Assembly (NCBI GenBank): GCA_964500605.1
Contig: CAZCOS010000004.1
Coordinates: 10,654-74,653, forward strand
Reading direction: 5' to 3'
DNA length: 64,000 nucleotides
Source of the DNA: an uncultured Sterolibacterium sp.
GTDB lineage: Bacteria > Pseudomonadota > Gammaproteobacteria > Burkholderiales > Rhodocyclaceae
Shown piece after piece: positions 32,840-43,647 of this stretch. Under the pieces are notes generated by a model. The model was not told the origin of the DNA, ran no database searches, and saw only the letters and a list, made by a program, of their open reading frames with translations. How positions within the stretch are numbered: position 1 is the stretch's first letter; each line of letters opens with the position of its first letter. The position numbers and the translations under genes are program-made.

Positions 32840-33463
32840 TCACTTTTCTTCCATATATCTGGACAGAAAAACACCCTGCCCAATGATAAAAGCCAGCATC
32901 AGCCCCATTGTGCCAAACAGCTTGAAGCTTACCCAAGTATCTGTTGAAAGCCCTAGGCCAAAGGCAATCAGTAGATTCAGCCCACCCATCACAAGGAAAA
33001 AACACACCCAGGCCAGATTAAGCCGATGCCAGACCGTATCCGGCAGCTGAACCTGGGCCTCCAGCATCTGGCGGATCAGATTTTTGTCGAATAGCCAAGC
33101 CGAGCCCGCCAGAATGATGGCAAACAACCAATACAGAACCGTCGGCTTCCATTTGATGAAGGTTTCATCATGGAAAGCAAGGGTCAAGCCGCCAAAAAAG
33201 ACCACGAGAACCAGACTGATCCACAACATTTTGTCGACCTTGCCATGACGCATCCAGACCCAGGCAATCTGCATCGCAGTCGCCAGCATGACAACGAGTG
33301 TTGCAACGAGAATGGGGGCTTGCGTCGCACCGATAGCCTGCCCCAGCCCCAGTGGTGCAAGGATTGAAATGATAAAGTCCATTGCAGCCTGCGGCTTGCT
33401 CTCAGACAATTTGTAGGAGAGAAAGAACAGAATGACCGGAAAGAGATCGAAAAAGAATTTCAT
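32840..33463 (-). CDS. yciB: Inner membrane septation protein YciB/IspZ
   Basis: [29 protein letters not shown]. Confidence 0.93.
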   Translation of the reverse strand: MKFFFDLFPVILFFLSYKLSESKPQAAMDFIISILAPLGLGQAIGATQAPILVATLVVMLATAMQIAWVWMRHGKVDKMLWISLVLVVFFGGLTLAFHDETFIKWKPTVLYWLFAIILAGSAWLFDKNLIRQMLEAQVQLPDTVWHRLNLAWVCFFLVMGGLNLLIAFGLGLSTDTWVSFKLFGTMGLMLAFIIGQGVFLSRYMEEK

Positions 33464-33563
33464 GGTCGTGATTATACGATTGTTGAGCAAAATACTCGGG
33501 ATTCCGACATCAAAATCCGGTGAAGTGGTTGATCCAACTTAAAACGCCGCAAAATTTGCACAA

Positions 33564-34760
33564 TCAGTGCAGATGACGCGGCGGAATATCGGCCTGTTCT
33601 TCGGGCAGTTCGGCGTGTTCGGGCTCGCCTTCCGGGTTCGGATACAAAGGGGTACCGCAGTCATCGCAATACTCGACGGGAAGCCGGTGATCCACATGAA
33701 TGATGTCCTCCACCCCGGCTTCGCGAAGCACGGACTCGATCTGCGCCGGAATATCGGCATTTTCATCCTCGGTATCGAGCAGAGCCCAAACGACACCATG
33801 AATGACCTGAGCAGCATTCCGAGCCGTAAAGCCGACACGATACTCTTCGAGTTCCTTGTCATAAAACGGTGCGATGACAGCTCGAAGCTCGTGTGCGGAA
33901 AGATCCAGCGTCGCTCCCAGAAAAGCCACTGAAGCCCGCACCGAATAAGGACGTGAAAGGCGATCCGCCTGGCGACAGGCAGCATGATAGGACTGCGGCA
34001 GCAACAATTCGCTGACGCATCCCGTCAGAAGCGGGCGAAGCACCTCTGCAGCCTGTCTGGACCATTGCTGCAAAACTTCCTCGCGGCCACCGCTGACGGC
34101 TTCCTCCTGCCAGCGAAACAGGGCACCCCCACGGGGAACCACCGCAACGCCCAACACATGGCGTGTATCCGAAATAAAGCTGATTGTCTCTGGAACCTGC
34201 TTCGGATCAAGATGCAAATCGCGCCCTTGCAAGGCCTGCTCCCCCATCGCTCGCGTCAAGGCAGACACTTCACAATAATTTGCAGGCAACTGATCCGGGC
34301 TGTACAGAAAATCACTCAAGCCCAAAAGTACTCCATCGGCAAAGACATGCGCCTGCAAATGTGTTCGCAAATTGGTCAGCACGGATGACGGAATCGGCCC
34401 GGAGGGGATACCGTATCGCGACCAGGCGAGCAAGGGAGCGTCAAAAAGCACCAAATCCTTCCCTTCGGCTTCGCGTCCTTTGTGCGGTCCCGAAGATTGA
34501 CGGGATTCTGAACGTGATTCGATCATTTCGACCAGAACTTCATAGCCCCGGTCACGCTGCGCATAAAGATGATCGAGCGCGGCAATCAGTACTGCCTCCT
34601 CTGCGTCTTCCAGAAGACGATCGACCGCCGCAGCCAGGCGGGACTCCCAGTAAAGGTCTTCACTACGACAGCAAGAGGCCCCCAAGCCATCGGCCAGCCG
34701 GACAATCTGTTCAAAATCAGGGCCAGGCTGCATGGAGCGGGTCGAGCGAGTACGTTTCAT
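33564..34760 (-). CDS. DUF2863-family conserved protein (C-terminal CxxC)
   Basis: LYSPDQLP, EEYRVGF, GVVWALL, EYCDDCGTPLYP; betaproteobacterial family recalled from memory. Confidence 0.75.
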   Translation of the reverse strand: MKRTRSTRSMQPGPDFEQIVRLADGLGASCCRSEDLYWESRLAAAVDRLLEDAEEAVLIAALDHLYAQRDRGYEVLVEMIESRSESRQSSGPHKGREAEGKDLVLFDAPLLAWSRYGIPSGPIPSSVLTNLRTHLQAHVFADGVLLGLSDFLYSPDQLPANYCEVSALTRAMGEQALQGRDLHLDPKQVPETISFISDTRHVLGVAVVPRGGALFRWQEEAVSGGREEVLQQWSRQAAEVLRPLLTGCVSELLLPQSYHAACRQADRLSRPYSVRASVAFLGATLDLSAHELRAVIAPFYDKELEEYRVGFTARNAAQVIHGVVWALLDTEDENADIPAQIESVLREAGVEDIIHVDHRLPVEYCDDCGTPLYPNPEGEPEHAELPEEQADIPPRHLH

Positions 34761-34881
34761 TCAATGTGCATTCAATATGTCGAACCGTCCATTTTATCAT
34801 TCACAGAGACACAAAAATTATTTCGCGTTCGTGAGTATTTAATTGGTAACATCGCGCCTTTCGCAACGATGAAAAAATACG

Positions 34882-35520
34882 ATGTTCGGACGTTTCATGC
34901 CCTTGGAGGGCAAGTTTTTCGAGTTATTCAATGCCCACGCAGAGCAGGTCGTCGCAGGGGGGCGAGAGCTGGCAGTGCTGATGAATCGGCTGGGTGACAC
35001 CCTGCAAACGGCCGATGAACACGCCAAAGTCATCGACACCATCGAGACCCGTGCGGACCACATCACCCATGAAACGGTGACGCTGCTACACCGCACCTTC
35101 ATCACTCCCTTTGACCGGGACAGCATTCACCAGCTGATTTCAAACATGGACGACATTCTGGACATGATCCAAGATGTCGCCGAATCACTGGTTCTTTACG
35201 ACATCCGTACCATTACCCCCGAAGCCCGCCAGTTGGCGGACATCTGCCAATCCTGCTGCGAGCGGGTGAAATCGGTTGTCGAGCTCCTCCACAACATGGA
35301 ACATGCCCAGACGATCCTGAAAACCTGCCGGGAAATCGACCAGCTCGAATCCGACGCCGACCGGGTCATGCGCTCCGCCACCTCACGTCTATTCCGCGAA
35401 GAATCGGACATGCGTCAGGTCATCAAGCTCAAATCACTCTACGAGCTTCTGGAAACGGTGACCGATCGTTGCAACGATGTCGCCAACATCATCGAAGGGA
35501 TCGTTCTGGAAAACTCCTGA
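34882..35520 (+). CDS. DUF47 phosphate transport regulator
   Basis: MPLEGKFFELF, TFITPFDRDSI, LETVTDRC; upstream of pit. Confidence 0.9.
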   Translation: MFGRFMPLEGKFFELFNAHAEQVVAGGRELAVLMNRLGDTLQTADEHAKVIDTIETRADHITHETVTLLHRTFITPFDRDSIHQLISNMDDILDMIQDVAESLVLYDIRTITPEARQLADICQSCCERVKSVVELLHNMEHAQTILKTCREIDQLESDADRVMRSATSRLFREESDMRQVIKLKSLYELLETVTDRCNDVANIIEGIVLENS

Positions 35521-35569
35521 ACCCCGCCTTTCCTTCTCACTCCCCCAATTCCCTTTCTGATCGGTCTCC

Positions 35570-36577
35570 ATGCAAACGCTGCACATAGGGCTGTGGGTGA
35601 TTGTCGTGCTGGTTTCACTGGCCTTGCTGTTCGATTTCATGAACGGCTTTCATGATGCCGCCAACTCGATTGCCACGGTCGTTTCAACCGGTGTACTCAA
35701 GCCCCACCAAGCCGTGGGGTTTGCCGCCTTTTTCAACGTCCTGGCCCTGTTTGTTTTCCAGCTCCATGTTGCAGGAACCATTGGTAAAGGAACCATTGAC
35801 CCTTCCATCGTCGACCACTACGTCATCTTCGGCGCATTGATCGGTGCTATTTCCTGGAACCTGATCACCTGGTATTTCGGCATTCCTTCGAGCTCATCAC
35901 ACGCCCTGATCGGCGGACTCGTCGGGGCGGGTGCGGCCAAAGCCGGTTCCGGCGCGCTGGTCTGGTCAGGTGTGGGCAAAACAGTGGCCTTCATCCTGAT
36001 CTCGCCTCTGCTGGGCTTTCTGCTGGGTTCCCTGCTGATGCTGGCTGTATCCTGGCTCTTCTTCCGCTCCACTCCACGCCGCGTGGATCGATGGTTCCGG
36101 CGACTACAACTCCTCTCTGCCGCACTTTACAGCTTGGGACATGGTGGAAACGATGCCCAAAAAACAATGGGGATCATCTGGATGCTACTCATTGCTGGGG
36201 GTTACACGGCCAGCGACGCCCCTATTCCCACCTGGGTCATTCTCTCCTGTTATCTGGCCATGGGCTGCGGCACACTCTTTGGCGGATGGCGCATCGTCAA
36301 GACCATGGGGCAAAAAATCACCAAACTCAAGCCGGTCGGCGGTTTTTGTGCCGAAAGTGGTGGTGCCATGACGCTCTTTCTGGCGACAACACTGGGCATT
36401 CCGGTATCAACGACGCACACCATCACGGGGGCCATTGTCGGAGTCGGCTCAACCAATGGGGCCAGCAATGTACGCTGGGGCGTCGCCGGCACCATCGTCT
36501 GGGCTTGGCTGCTGACCATTCCGTGTAGCGCGCTAATCGCCGCACTGGCCTGGTGGGTCGGGAGCCAGATTCTCTAA
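35570..36577 (+). CDS. Inorganic phosphate transporter (PiT family)
   Basis: NGFHDAANSIAT, PSSSSHALIG, HGGNDAQK, PVSTTH. Confidence 0.95.
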   Translation: MQTLHIGLWVIVVLVSLALLFDFMNGFHDAANSIATVVSTGVLKPHQAVGFAAFFNVLALFVFQLHVAGTIGKGTIDPSIVDHYVIFGALIGAISWNLITWYFGIPSSSSHALIGGLVGAGAAKAGSGALVWSGVGKTVAFILISPLLGFLLGSLLMLAVSWLFFRSTPRRVDRWFRRLQLLSAALYSLGHGGNDAQKTMGIIWMLLIAGGYTASDAPIPTWVILSCYLAMGCGTLFGGWRIVKTMGQKITKLKPVGGFCAESGGAMTLFLATTLGIPVSTTHTITGAIVGVGSTNGASNVRWGVAGTIVWAWLLTIPCSALIAALAWWVGSQIL

Positions 36578-36641
36578 GACGCCCCATCCGGGCATCGAAC
36601 GCAAAACCGGAGCAGGGTCATGTGGACACGCTTACCGAAGC

Positions 36642-37502
36642 TCAACTCGCAGAAAAAAGCATTCCACTCAGGGGTTTACCCCAGAACAGCGCGATGATGC
36701 CCGCCGTTGCGAGATAAGGGCCAAAAGGAATGGGGGTGTTCCGGCCATGTCGGGCGAAGAGAATCATGGAAATCCCCACAACGGCTCCGACCACCGAGGA
36801 CAACAAAATGGTCATCGGCAAGAGTTGCCAGCCAAACCACGCTCCTAATGCAGCCAATAGTTTGAAATCTCCATAGCCCATGCCCTCCTTGCCCGTTGCC
36901 AGCTTGAAACCCCAATAAACACTCCAAAGGGCCAGATAGCCTGCCATGGCACCGATGACAGCACTTTTCAGATCGGTAAATTGCCCGCCCAGATTGAACA
37001 GCAAACCCAGCCAGAGCAAAGGCAGGGTAATGTCATCCGGCAAAAGCTGGGTATCGAAATCAATGAAGGTCAAGGCGATCATCGTCCAGACAAAAAGCAA
37101 GGCCCCCAACCCCATCAAGCCATAACCGAAATGCCATCCTGCGTAGGCAGAAAGCAGGCCGCAAAGGGCCTCGATCAAGGGATAACGCGCTGAAATGGCG
37201 GTTTTGCAACCGCTGCAGCGGCCCCGTAGCACCAACCAACTGATGACCGGCACATTTTCCAGTGCGCTGATGGCATGACCACACTTCGGACAACGCGACC
37301 GGGGTACGGCAAGATTGAAACGCTCATGCAGAGGAGGGGGCTCTCCTCGCAAATCGGCGCACTGTGCTTCCCACTCCCGCTGCATCATGACCGGCAGACG
37401 GTAAATGACGACGTTCAGGAAACTCCCCACCATCAAGCCCAGGATGAGACAAATCAGAGCCATGTAAGGCGGATAGGACAAGAATTCTGAAATATTGGGC
37501 AT
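36642..37502 (-). CDS. pilD: Type IV prepilin peptidase/N-methyltransferase
   Basis: GSFLNVVIYRLP, two CxxC, GMGYGDFKLLAALG, PFGPYL. Confidence 0.96.
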   Translation of the reverse strand: MPNISEFLSYPPYMALICLILGLMVGSFLNVVIYRLPVMMQREWEAQCADLRGEPPPLHERFNLAVPRSRCPKCGHAISALENVPVISWLVLRGRCSGCKTAISARYPLIEALCGLLSAYAGWHFGYGLMGLGALLFVWTMIALTFIDFDTQLLPDDITLPLLWLGLLFNLGGQFTDLKSAVIGAMAGYLALWSVYWGFKLATGKEGMGYGDFKLLAALGAWFGWQLLPMTILLSSVVGAVVGISMILFARHGRNTPIPFGPYLATAGIIALFWGKPLSGMLFSAS

Positions 37503-37529
37503 GAAGCAAACTTTCTCTCAGGGTAAAAA

Positions 37530-38744
37530 TTAACCCGCCACAGCACCCAGCTTGAAGATGGGCAGGTACATAGCCACGACCATGCCACCGATCAAGGTTC
37601 CCAGAACCACCATGATCATGGGCTCCATCAAACTGGACAAAGCCTCAACTGCATCATCCACCTCAGCCTCATAAAAATCAGCCACTTTGCTCAACATGGC
37701 ATCCAGTTGCCCCGATTCCTCACCAATCGACACCATCTGGATCACCATCGTGGGAAAGAGGTTGGTATTCTGCATGGCGACAGTTAGATTTTGACCGGTG
37801 CTGACCTCTGCCTTGATATCGACCGTCGCCAAATAATAAACATGGTTACCTGATGCTCCGGCAACGGAGTCCAGCCCCTCGACAAGCGGCACCCCGGCAG
37901 CGAACATGGTGGACAAGGTGCGCGTCCAGCGTGCGATAGTCGCCTTTCTGACCAAATCCCCAAAAACCGGCAGCTTCAGCATCAGGCGATCCATTGACAT
38001 CTGTAAGGATTTCGATCTTTTCCATGCCTCGAAAAAACCATAAACCCCACCGCCCACCCCGCCAAAAATGACGTACCAGTACTCCACAAAGGCATCCGAC
38101 ATGGAAATCAAGACCAAGGTCGGTGCGGGCAGATCGGCTCCGAAGCTGGTGAAAATGGCTTTGAACTGCGGAATCACGAAAATCATGATGACCGCAACGA
38201 TGATGAAGGCCACGACGATGATGGAAATCGGATAAAAAAGAGCAGACTTGATCTTGGCCTTGATCGCCTGGATTTTTTCCTTATAGGTGGCCAGGCGATC
38301 CAGCAGCGAATCGAGAATACCGGCTTGTTCGCCCGCACCGACCAAATTGCAAAACAAGGTATCGAAATACAGCGGATATTTCTTGAAAGCCTGATTGAGG
38401 CTGGAACCCGTCTCGACATCCGTGCGAATATCGTTGAGCAGTTTGCCGACCGCCGGATTGCTATTTCCTTTTCCGACGATATCAAAAGCCTGCAAAAGCG
38501 GCACACCTGCCTTCATCATGGTGGCAAGCTGGCGTGTGAACAGGGTGATGTCCTTGTCCGAAACCTTGCCGATCTTTCCGATTTTCTGCTGTTTGACCTT
38601 GGTGACAACCACCCCTTGCCGACGCAAGGTTGTACGAACCAGGGTTTCCCCGCCGGCCCGCATTTCGCCGCGAACAATCTTCCCGGTCTTATCCTTGCCT
38701 TCCCAGGTAAAGCTGTATTCCTTGACTTTTCTTTCCGTGGCCAT
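37530..38744 (-). CDS. pilC: Type IV pilus platform protein PilC
   Basis: FTRQLATMMKAGVPL, GEESGQLD, AMYLPIF. Confidence 0.96.
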   Translation of the reverse strand: MATERKVKEYSFTWEGKDKTGKIVRGEMRAGGETLVRTTLRRQGVVVTKVKQQKIGKIGKVSDKDITLFTRQLATMMKAGVPLLQAFDIVGKGNSNPAVGKLLNDIRTDVETGSSLNQAFKKYPLYFDTLFCNLVGAGEQAGILDSLLDRLATYKEKIQAIKAKIKSALFYPISIIVVAFIIVAVIMIFVIPQFKAIFTSFGADLPAPTLVLISMSDAFVEYWYVIFGGVGGGVYGFFEAWKRSKSLQMSMDRLMLKLPVFGDLVRKATIARWTRTLSTMFAAGVPLVEGLDSVAGASGNHVYYLATVDIKAEVSTGQNLTVAMQNTNLFPTMVIQMVSIGEESGQLDAMLSKVADFYEAEVDDAVEALSSLMEPMIMVVLGTLIGGMVVAMYLPIFKLGAVAG

Positions 38745-39035
38745 CTGATCGATTCCCTCTGGTCTTGCCGTCCGATGTTCCCGATGGAAGGGGTACAACC
38801 CTATCGAAGTTCCAATCCCCACCTTAACGGTCGGAATATTTCATGGAACCATGAAACGGCCCTGACAAAAATCCGGATTGCGTAAGAGACAGGCTTCCTG
38901 TACCTGAAACGATCGTGGATTTTGGCGTAAAAAAATGACGCTGGCTATTACTTTCTCATCCAGACAGCCTGTTCATGTGGCTTTTTTCGCGTAGGCAACA
39001 AGGGTGAGACTTTACCCTGTGGTTCAGTATCAAAG

Positions 39036-42000
39036 TCAGGATAGTTTTCTTTGCTTGGCCAGTGCATAAAGTGCCGGGATCACGACCAGTGTCAGGATGC
39101 TCGAAGAAAGCATCCCGCCGACCATTGGGGCTGCGATGCGACTCATGACCTCCGAGCCGGTTCCCTGCCCCCAAAGAATAGGAAGCAAACCGGCCATGAT
39201 GGCGACCACCGTCATCATTTTAGGGCGTACCCGCTCGACCGCCCCCTCCATGACTGCCGCGTAAAGATCAGCAGTCCCGACACGCTGCCCAGACTGTTTC
39301 CTCTTCATCTGCAAAGCCTCCCAGGCGTGATCCAGATAAAGCAGCATCACCACACCCGTTTCCGCGGCGACACCAGCCAGCGCGATGAAACCGATCGCCA
39401 CGGCAACCGAAAAGTTGTAATCCATCAACCAAAGCATCCACACGCCGCCGACCAATGCAAAGGGAACCGAAAGCATCACGATCAAGGTTTCCGCCAGACG
39501 CCTGAAATTCAGGTAAAGCAACAAGAAAATCAGCAGTAAGGTCAATGGAATCACAAACTTCATCCGGTCAGCAGCCCGCTCCATGGATTCAAACTGACCA
39601 CTCCAGATCACATACTCTCCCGGCGCAAAGCGAATCTGATCGGCCACGGCCTTTTTCGCCTCGGCCACATAAGTACCGATATCGCGCCCATGAATGTCGA
39701 CGTAGATATAAGCGGATAACTGGGCATTTTCGGTACGAATACCCGTCGTACCCTGCGTCACGCTTACCCTGGCCAGCTGACCCAGCGGCAACATGGCACC
39801 CTGCCCCACAGGCACGAGCACCTCATGCGCAATACGCTCCGGATCATCACGCATGGCCCGTGGATAGCGGACATTGACGGCATACCGCTCGCGGCCTTCG
39901 ATCATCGTCGTCACACGCTCACCGCCCAAGGCCGTCGCAATGACGTCCTGCAATGCCCCAACACTCAAGCCATATCGGGCCAGCTGTGCCCGATCGGGTT
40001 CGATGTCCAGATAAAACCCACCTGAAATCCGCTCCGCAAAGGCAGAAGTCGTTCCCGGAACCGTTTTGAGAACCGCCTCGATCTGTCTGGACAAACGCGC
40101 AATCTCAGCCAGATCCTTGCCAAAGACCTTAACCCCGATTGGTGTACGAATCCCCGTTGAAAGCATGTCGATACGCGCCTTGATCGGCATGGTCCAGGCA
40201 TTGGAAACACCAGGGAAACGAACGGACTGATCCATTTCATCGATCAATTTCTCCAACGTCATGCCCGGACGCCATTCGGATCGAGGCTTCAAATTGATCG
40301 TGGTTTCAAACATTTCAACTGGGGCCGGATCCGTCGCCGTATTGGCCCGGCCAGCCTTGCCGTGCACGCTGGCCACCTCGGGAAAGCCCCGGATGATCCG
40401 ATCCTGGACCTGCAACAACTCGGCCGCACGGGTCATCGACATTCCCGGCAGGGAAACTGGCATGTAAAGAATCGTCCCCTCATCCAGCGTCGGCATGAAT
40501 TCAGAACCCAAGCGCGAAGCCGGGTAAATCGTTGCCAAAAAGGCCAGTAAAGCCAGGGCAATCGTCGTTTTCTTCCAGGCCATGACCCATCGAATGACCG
40601 GGCGATAAATCCAAATCAGAAAACGATTCACTGGATTTTCCGACTCTGGACGAAGACGTCCGCGAATGAACACTCCCATCAGCACCGGGACCAAGGTCAA
40701 GGAAAGCAGGGCTGCGCCCGCCATGGAAAAAGTTTTGGTGTAAGCCAGAGGCGAAAAAAGCCGCCCCTCCTGCGCTTCCAGCGCAAAAACCGGCAAAAAG
40801 GAAACCGTGATGATCAGCAGCGAAAAGAACAGAGCCGGCCCCACCTCACGACAAGCCGCCCCCATTGCCTCAAGCCGTTCACTTGCCGAATGCCCTTCTG
40901 GCAAGCGTTCCAGATGCTTGTGCGCATTCTCGATCATCACAATGGCCGCATCCACCATCGCCCCAATGGCAATGGCAATCCCTCCCAGGCTCATCAGATT
41001 CGAACTCATGCCCAACAGATTCATTGCCATGAAAGCCATAAGAATGCCGACCGGCAACATCAGAATGGCCACCAATGCCGAACGCACATGCAGCAGGAAG
41101 GCCACACAAACCAGAGCCACGATGATCGATTCCTCAATCAACGTCCGTTTCAACGTATCAATGGCACGATGAATCAGCTCCGAACGGTCATACACCGACT
41201 CGATCCGCACCCCCTCCGGCAGACTTGGCGACAACTCGACGAGTTTCTCCTTGAGGTGACGAATGACCTCCAGCGCATTCTGCCCATGGCGAGCCACGGC
41301 GATGCCGGAAACCACCTCCCCTTCTCCGTTGAGCTCCGTCAAACCGCGCCGCTCATCCGGAACACGCTCGACCCGTGCCACATCCGCCACTCGAATCGGC
41401 GTGCCGCGATCCGTCTGAAGAACCAGATTCCCGATATCCTCCATTCCACGAAGAATGCCCCGGCCGCGCACCATGTACTCCGTCTCGGCCATCTCGACCA
41501 CACGCCCACCGACATCGCGATTGGAATCCCGGATCACTTCCGAAACCCGAGACAGCGCAATCCCGTATGCCCGAAGTTTCACCGGATCAACCGTCACCTG
41601 ATAGCTCTGGACAAAGCCACCGATGGAAGCAATTTCAGCGACGCCCTGTGTCTTGGCCAGCGCATACCGCAAAGTCCAATCCTGAAAGGTACGCAACTGC
41701 GCCAAGGTCTTGTTTTTCGCCACAAGCACATATTCATAGACCCAACCCAAACCTGTCGCATCCGGCCCCAACACCGGCACCACACCTTTAGGCATCCGTC
41801 CTGCAGCCGCGTTGAGATATTCGAGCACCCTTGAGCGGGCCCAATAAAGATCCGTCCCATCCTCGAAGATCACATAAACAAAAGACGCACCGAAAAATGA
41901 AAAGCCCCGTACAACCCTAGATTTCGGAACCGAAAGCATGGCGGTGGTCAGTGGATAAGTCACCTGATCCTCCACCACCTGCGGGGCCTGGCCGGGGTAT

Positions 42001-42167
42001 TCCGTATAAACGATGACCTGCGCATCGGAAAGGTCCGGTAACGCATCGATCGGCGTATGCACAACGGCATACGCGCCACCCAAAACGATAAACAGCGTGG
42101 CCAGCAAAACCAGAACGGGATTTTTCATCGACCCGTCAATAATCCTTGAAAGCAGGCCCTGATTCAC
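39036..42167 (-). CDS. cusA: CusA/SilA-type Cu(I)/Ag(I) RND efflux permease
   Basis: DALPDLSD.QVIV, GAMVDAAIVMIENAHKHLE, NAWTMPIKARIDMLSTG, ERVRPKMMT; GTG start after GAGGGAGG RBS. Confidence 0.94.
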   Translation of the reverse strand: MNQGLLSRIIDGSMKNPVLVLLATLFIVLGGAYAVVHTPIDALPDLSDAQVIVYTEYPGQAPQVVEDQVTYPLTTAMLSVPKSRVVRGFSFFGASFVYVIFEDGTDLYWARSRVLEYLNAAAGRMPKGVVPVLGPDATGLGWVYEYVLVAKNKTLAQLRTFQDWTLRYALAKTQGVAEIASIGGFVQSYQVTVDPVKLRAYGIALSRVSEVIRDSNRDVGGRVVEMAETEYMVRGRGILRGMEDIGNLVLQTDRGTPIRVADVARVERVPDERRGLTELNGEGEVVSGIAVARHGQNALEVIRHLKEKLVELSPSLPEGVRIESVYDRSELIHRAIDTLKRTLIEESIIVALVCVAFLLHVRSALVAILMLPVGILMAFMAMNLLGMSSNLMSLGGIAIAIGAMVDAAIVMIENAHKHLERLPEGHSASERLEAMGAACREVGPALFFSLLIITVSFLPVFALEAQEGRLFSPLAYTKTFSMAGAALLSLTLVPVLMGVFIRGRLRPESENPVNRFLIWIYRPVIRWVMAWKKTTIALALLAFLATIYPASRLGSEFMPTLDEGTILYMPVSLPGMSMTRAAELLQVQDRIIRGFPEVASVHGKAGRANTATDPAPVEMFETTINLKPRSEWRPGMTLEKLIDEMDQSVRFPGVSNAWTMPIKARIDMLSTGIRTPIGVKVFGKDLAEIARLSRQIEAVLKTVPGTTSAFAERISGGFYLDIEPDRAQLARYGLSVGALQDVIATALGGERVTTMIEGRERYAVNVRYPRAMRDDPERIAHEVLVPVGQGAMLPLGQLARVSVTQGTTGIRTENAQLSAYIYVDIHGRDIGTYVAEAKKAVADQIRFAPGEYVIWSGQFESMERAADRMKFVIPLTLLLIFLLLYLNFRRLAETLIVMLSVPFALVGGVWMLWLMDYNFSVAVAIGFIALAGVAAETGVVMLLYLDHAWEALQMKRKQSGQRVGTADLYAAVMEGAVERVRPKMMTVVAIMAGLLPILWGQGTGSEVMSRIAAPMVGGMLSSSILTLVVIPALYALAKQRKLS

Positions 42168-42180
42168 CGCAGCCTCCCTC

Positions 42181-43647
42181 TCAATGTCCGGCATGTTTGT
42201 GTTCATGACCCTGTTCGTGGCCATGCTCCTGCCCGGAATGCGAATGGCCTTCCGCTCCACGGGACTCAACCGCAGGTAACGCACGAGGCAGCGCGCCCAT
42301 CTTCGACGACGGATCAAAACTTTCCAGAGCCGCATTCAGATTGCTCTCGGCATCAATCAGGAACTGAGCCGCCACCACCACCTCCTCGCCCTCCTGAACC
42401 CCCTCAAGAATTTCCACACGCTCCCCGGTACGCAAGCCCGTCTTCACCACCCGTGGGGCAAACCGCCCCGCCCCCATCGCGAGCAGCACAACACGGCGAA
42501 CGCCACTATCGATCACTGCCGATGAAGGCACACTCAACACCGGTGCATGGCCCGACATCCGGATATCCACTCGGGCAAACATCCCAGGCTTCAAGCGCAT
42601 CCCTGGATTTGGAAGCTCAATCCGTACCGGAACCGTCCGTGTTGCACCTTGCAAAGTCGGCGCAATAAAAGAAACCCGTCCTTCAAAAACCTCGCCCGGA
42701 TACGATTCCAAAACGACCTGCGCCTTTGCGCCCAAACGAACCGTCCCGAGGTCCTGCTCAAAAATATCGGCCAGAACCCAGACCGAAGACAAATCAGCAA
42801 TTTGATAAAGCACTTCGCCGGGCTGAAAGCGCATTCCCTCGACCACCCGCTTTTCCGTCACCACACCCGAAGCGGGCGAACGAAAAGGCAGGGTACGCAG
42901 TACCTGCCCGGATCGTGCCAAAGCAGAAAGATGCGCCTCGGACACATCCCAGTAACGCAAGCGGGCAAGGCCGGAATCCGCCAGCAAACGCATGCCCTCA
43001 CCCACCTGATCCGCCCGTGCCGAATCGGTCAATGACGCGAAGCCCTGCCTGGCAATCAGATATTCGCGTTGAGCCGACACCAGCTCCGGCGAATACGCCT
43101 CGAACAACACCTGCCCCCGCCCCACCGACTCACCGGTCGCATTGACCCTCAGACGCTCCACATACCCCTCGAACTTCGCCGAAATGACATGAAGCCGCCG
43201 CTCATCCGCCTCGACACGACCCGCCGCCGACACGATCCGATCCAGAATTTCCCGCCGCACAGGCTCGGTGCGCACGCCCATTGCCTGAATCTTCGACGCA
43301 TCGATTCTGACCTGCCCAGTGGAAAAGGAAGCGGCTCCTGAATCCGTCTCATCATCCGCATAAACCGGGATGTAATCCATCCCCATGCTGTCCTTCTTCG
43401 GGACAGGCGAGGTATCGGGCAAACCCATCGGATTGCGGTAAAACAGAACCTCGCGCTCTTTTTTAGCCCCCTGAGCAAGCGCACTCCCATTCGCAACCAA
43501 CGACGCATGACCGTCATGACTGCCTTGCGTAGCGCGCCCTGCCGCCGCACTCCCCCCATTCCCGGAAAACTGTCCCGCCCAAAATCCCGCGCCGGCCGCA
43601 ATGCAGCCCGTCGCAGCAACAATCAGCGCAAATGTCACTTTCTTCAC
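42181..43647 (-). CDS. cusB: CusB-type periplasmic adaptor with heavy-metal-binding domain and His-rich tail
   Basis: YRNPMGLPDTSPVPKKDSMGMDYIPVY, YSPELVSAQREY, FLIDAESNL, HSHSGQEHGHEQGHEHKHAGH. Confidence 0.92.
   Translation of the reverse strand: MKKVTFALIVAATGCIAAGAGFWAGQFSGNGGSAAAGRATQGSHDGHASLVANGSALAQGAKKEREVLFYRNPMGLPDTSPVPKKDSMGMDYIPVYADDETDSGAASFSTGQVRIDASKIQAMGVRTEPVRREILDRIVSAAGRVEADERRLHVISAKFEGYVERLRVNATGESVGRGQVLFEAYSPELVSAQREYLIARQGFASLTDSARADQVGEGMRLLADSGLARLRYWDVSEAHLSALARSGQVLRTLPFRSPASGVVTEKRVVEGMRFQPGEVLYQIADLSSVWVLADIFEQDLGTVRLGAKAQVVLESYPGEVFEGRVSFIAPTLQGATRTVPVRIELPNPGMRLKPGMFARVDIRMSGHAPVLSVPSSAVIDSGVRRVVLLAMGAGRFAPRVVKTGLRTGERVEILEGVQEGEEVVVAAQFLIDAESNLNAALESFDPSSKMGALPRALPAVESRGAEGHSHSGQEHGHEQGHEHKHAGH

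Noticed and set aside
38770-38815. GGAACTT on the minus strand upstream of pilC as a sigmaE promoter
   Set aside because: No convincing -10 element (GTC/TCAAA) at 16-17 nt spacing.
39036-42167. CusA as the inner-membrane pump for the adhesin locus
   Set aside because: It has its own adaptor, outer-membrane factor, metal motifs and cop-box regulation, so it is a separate system.
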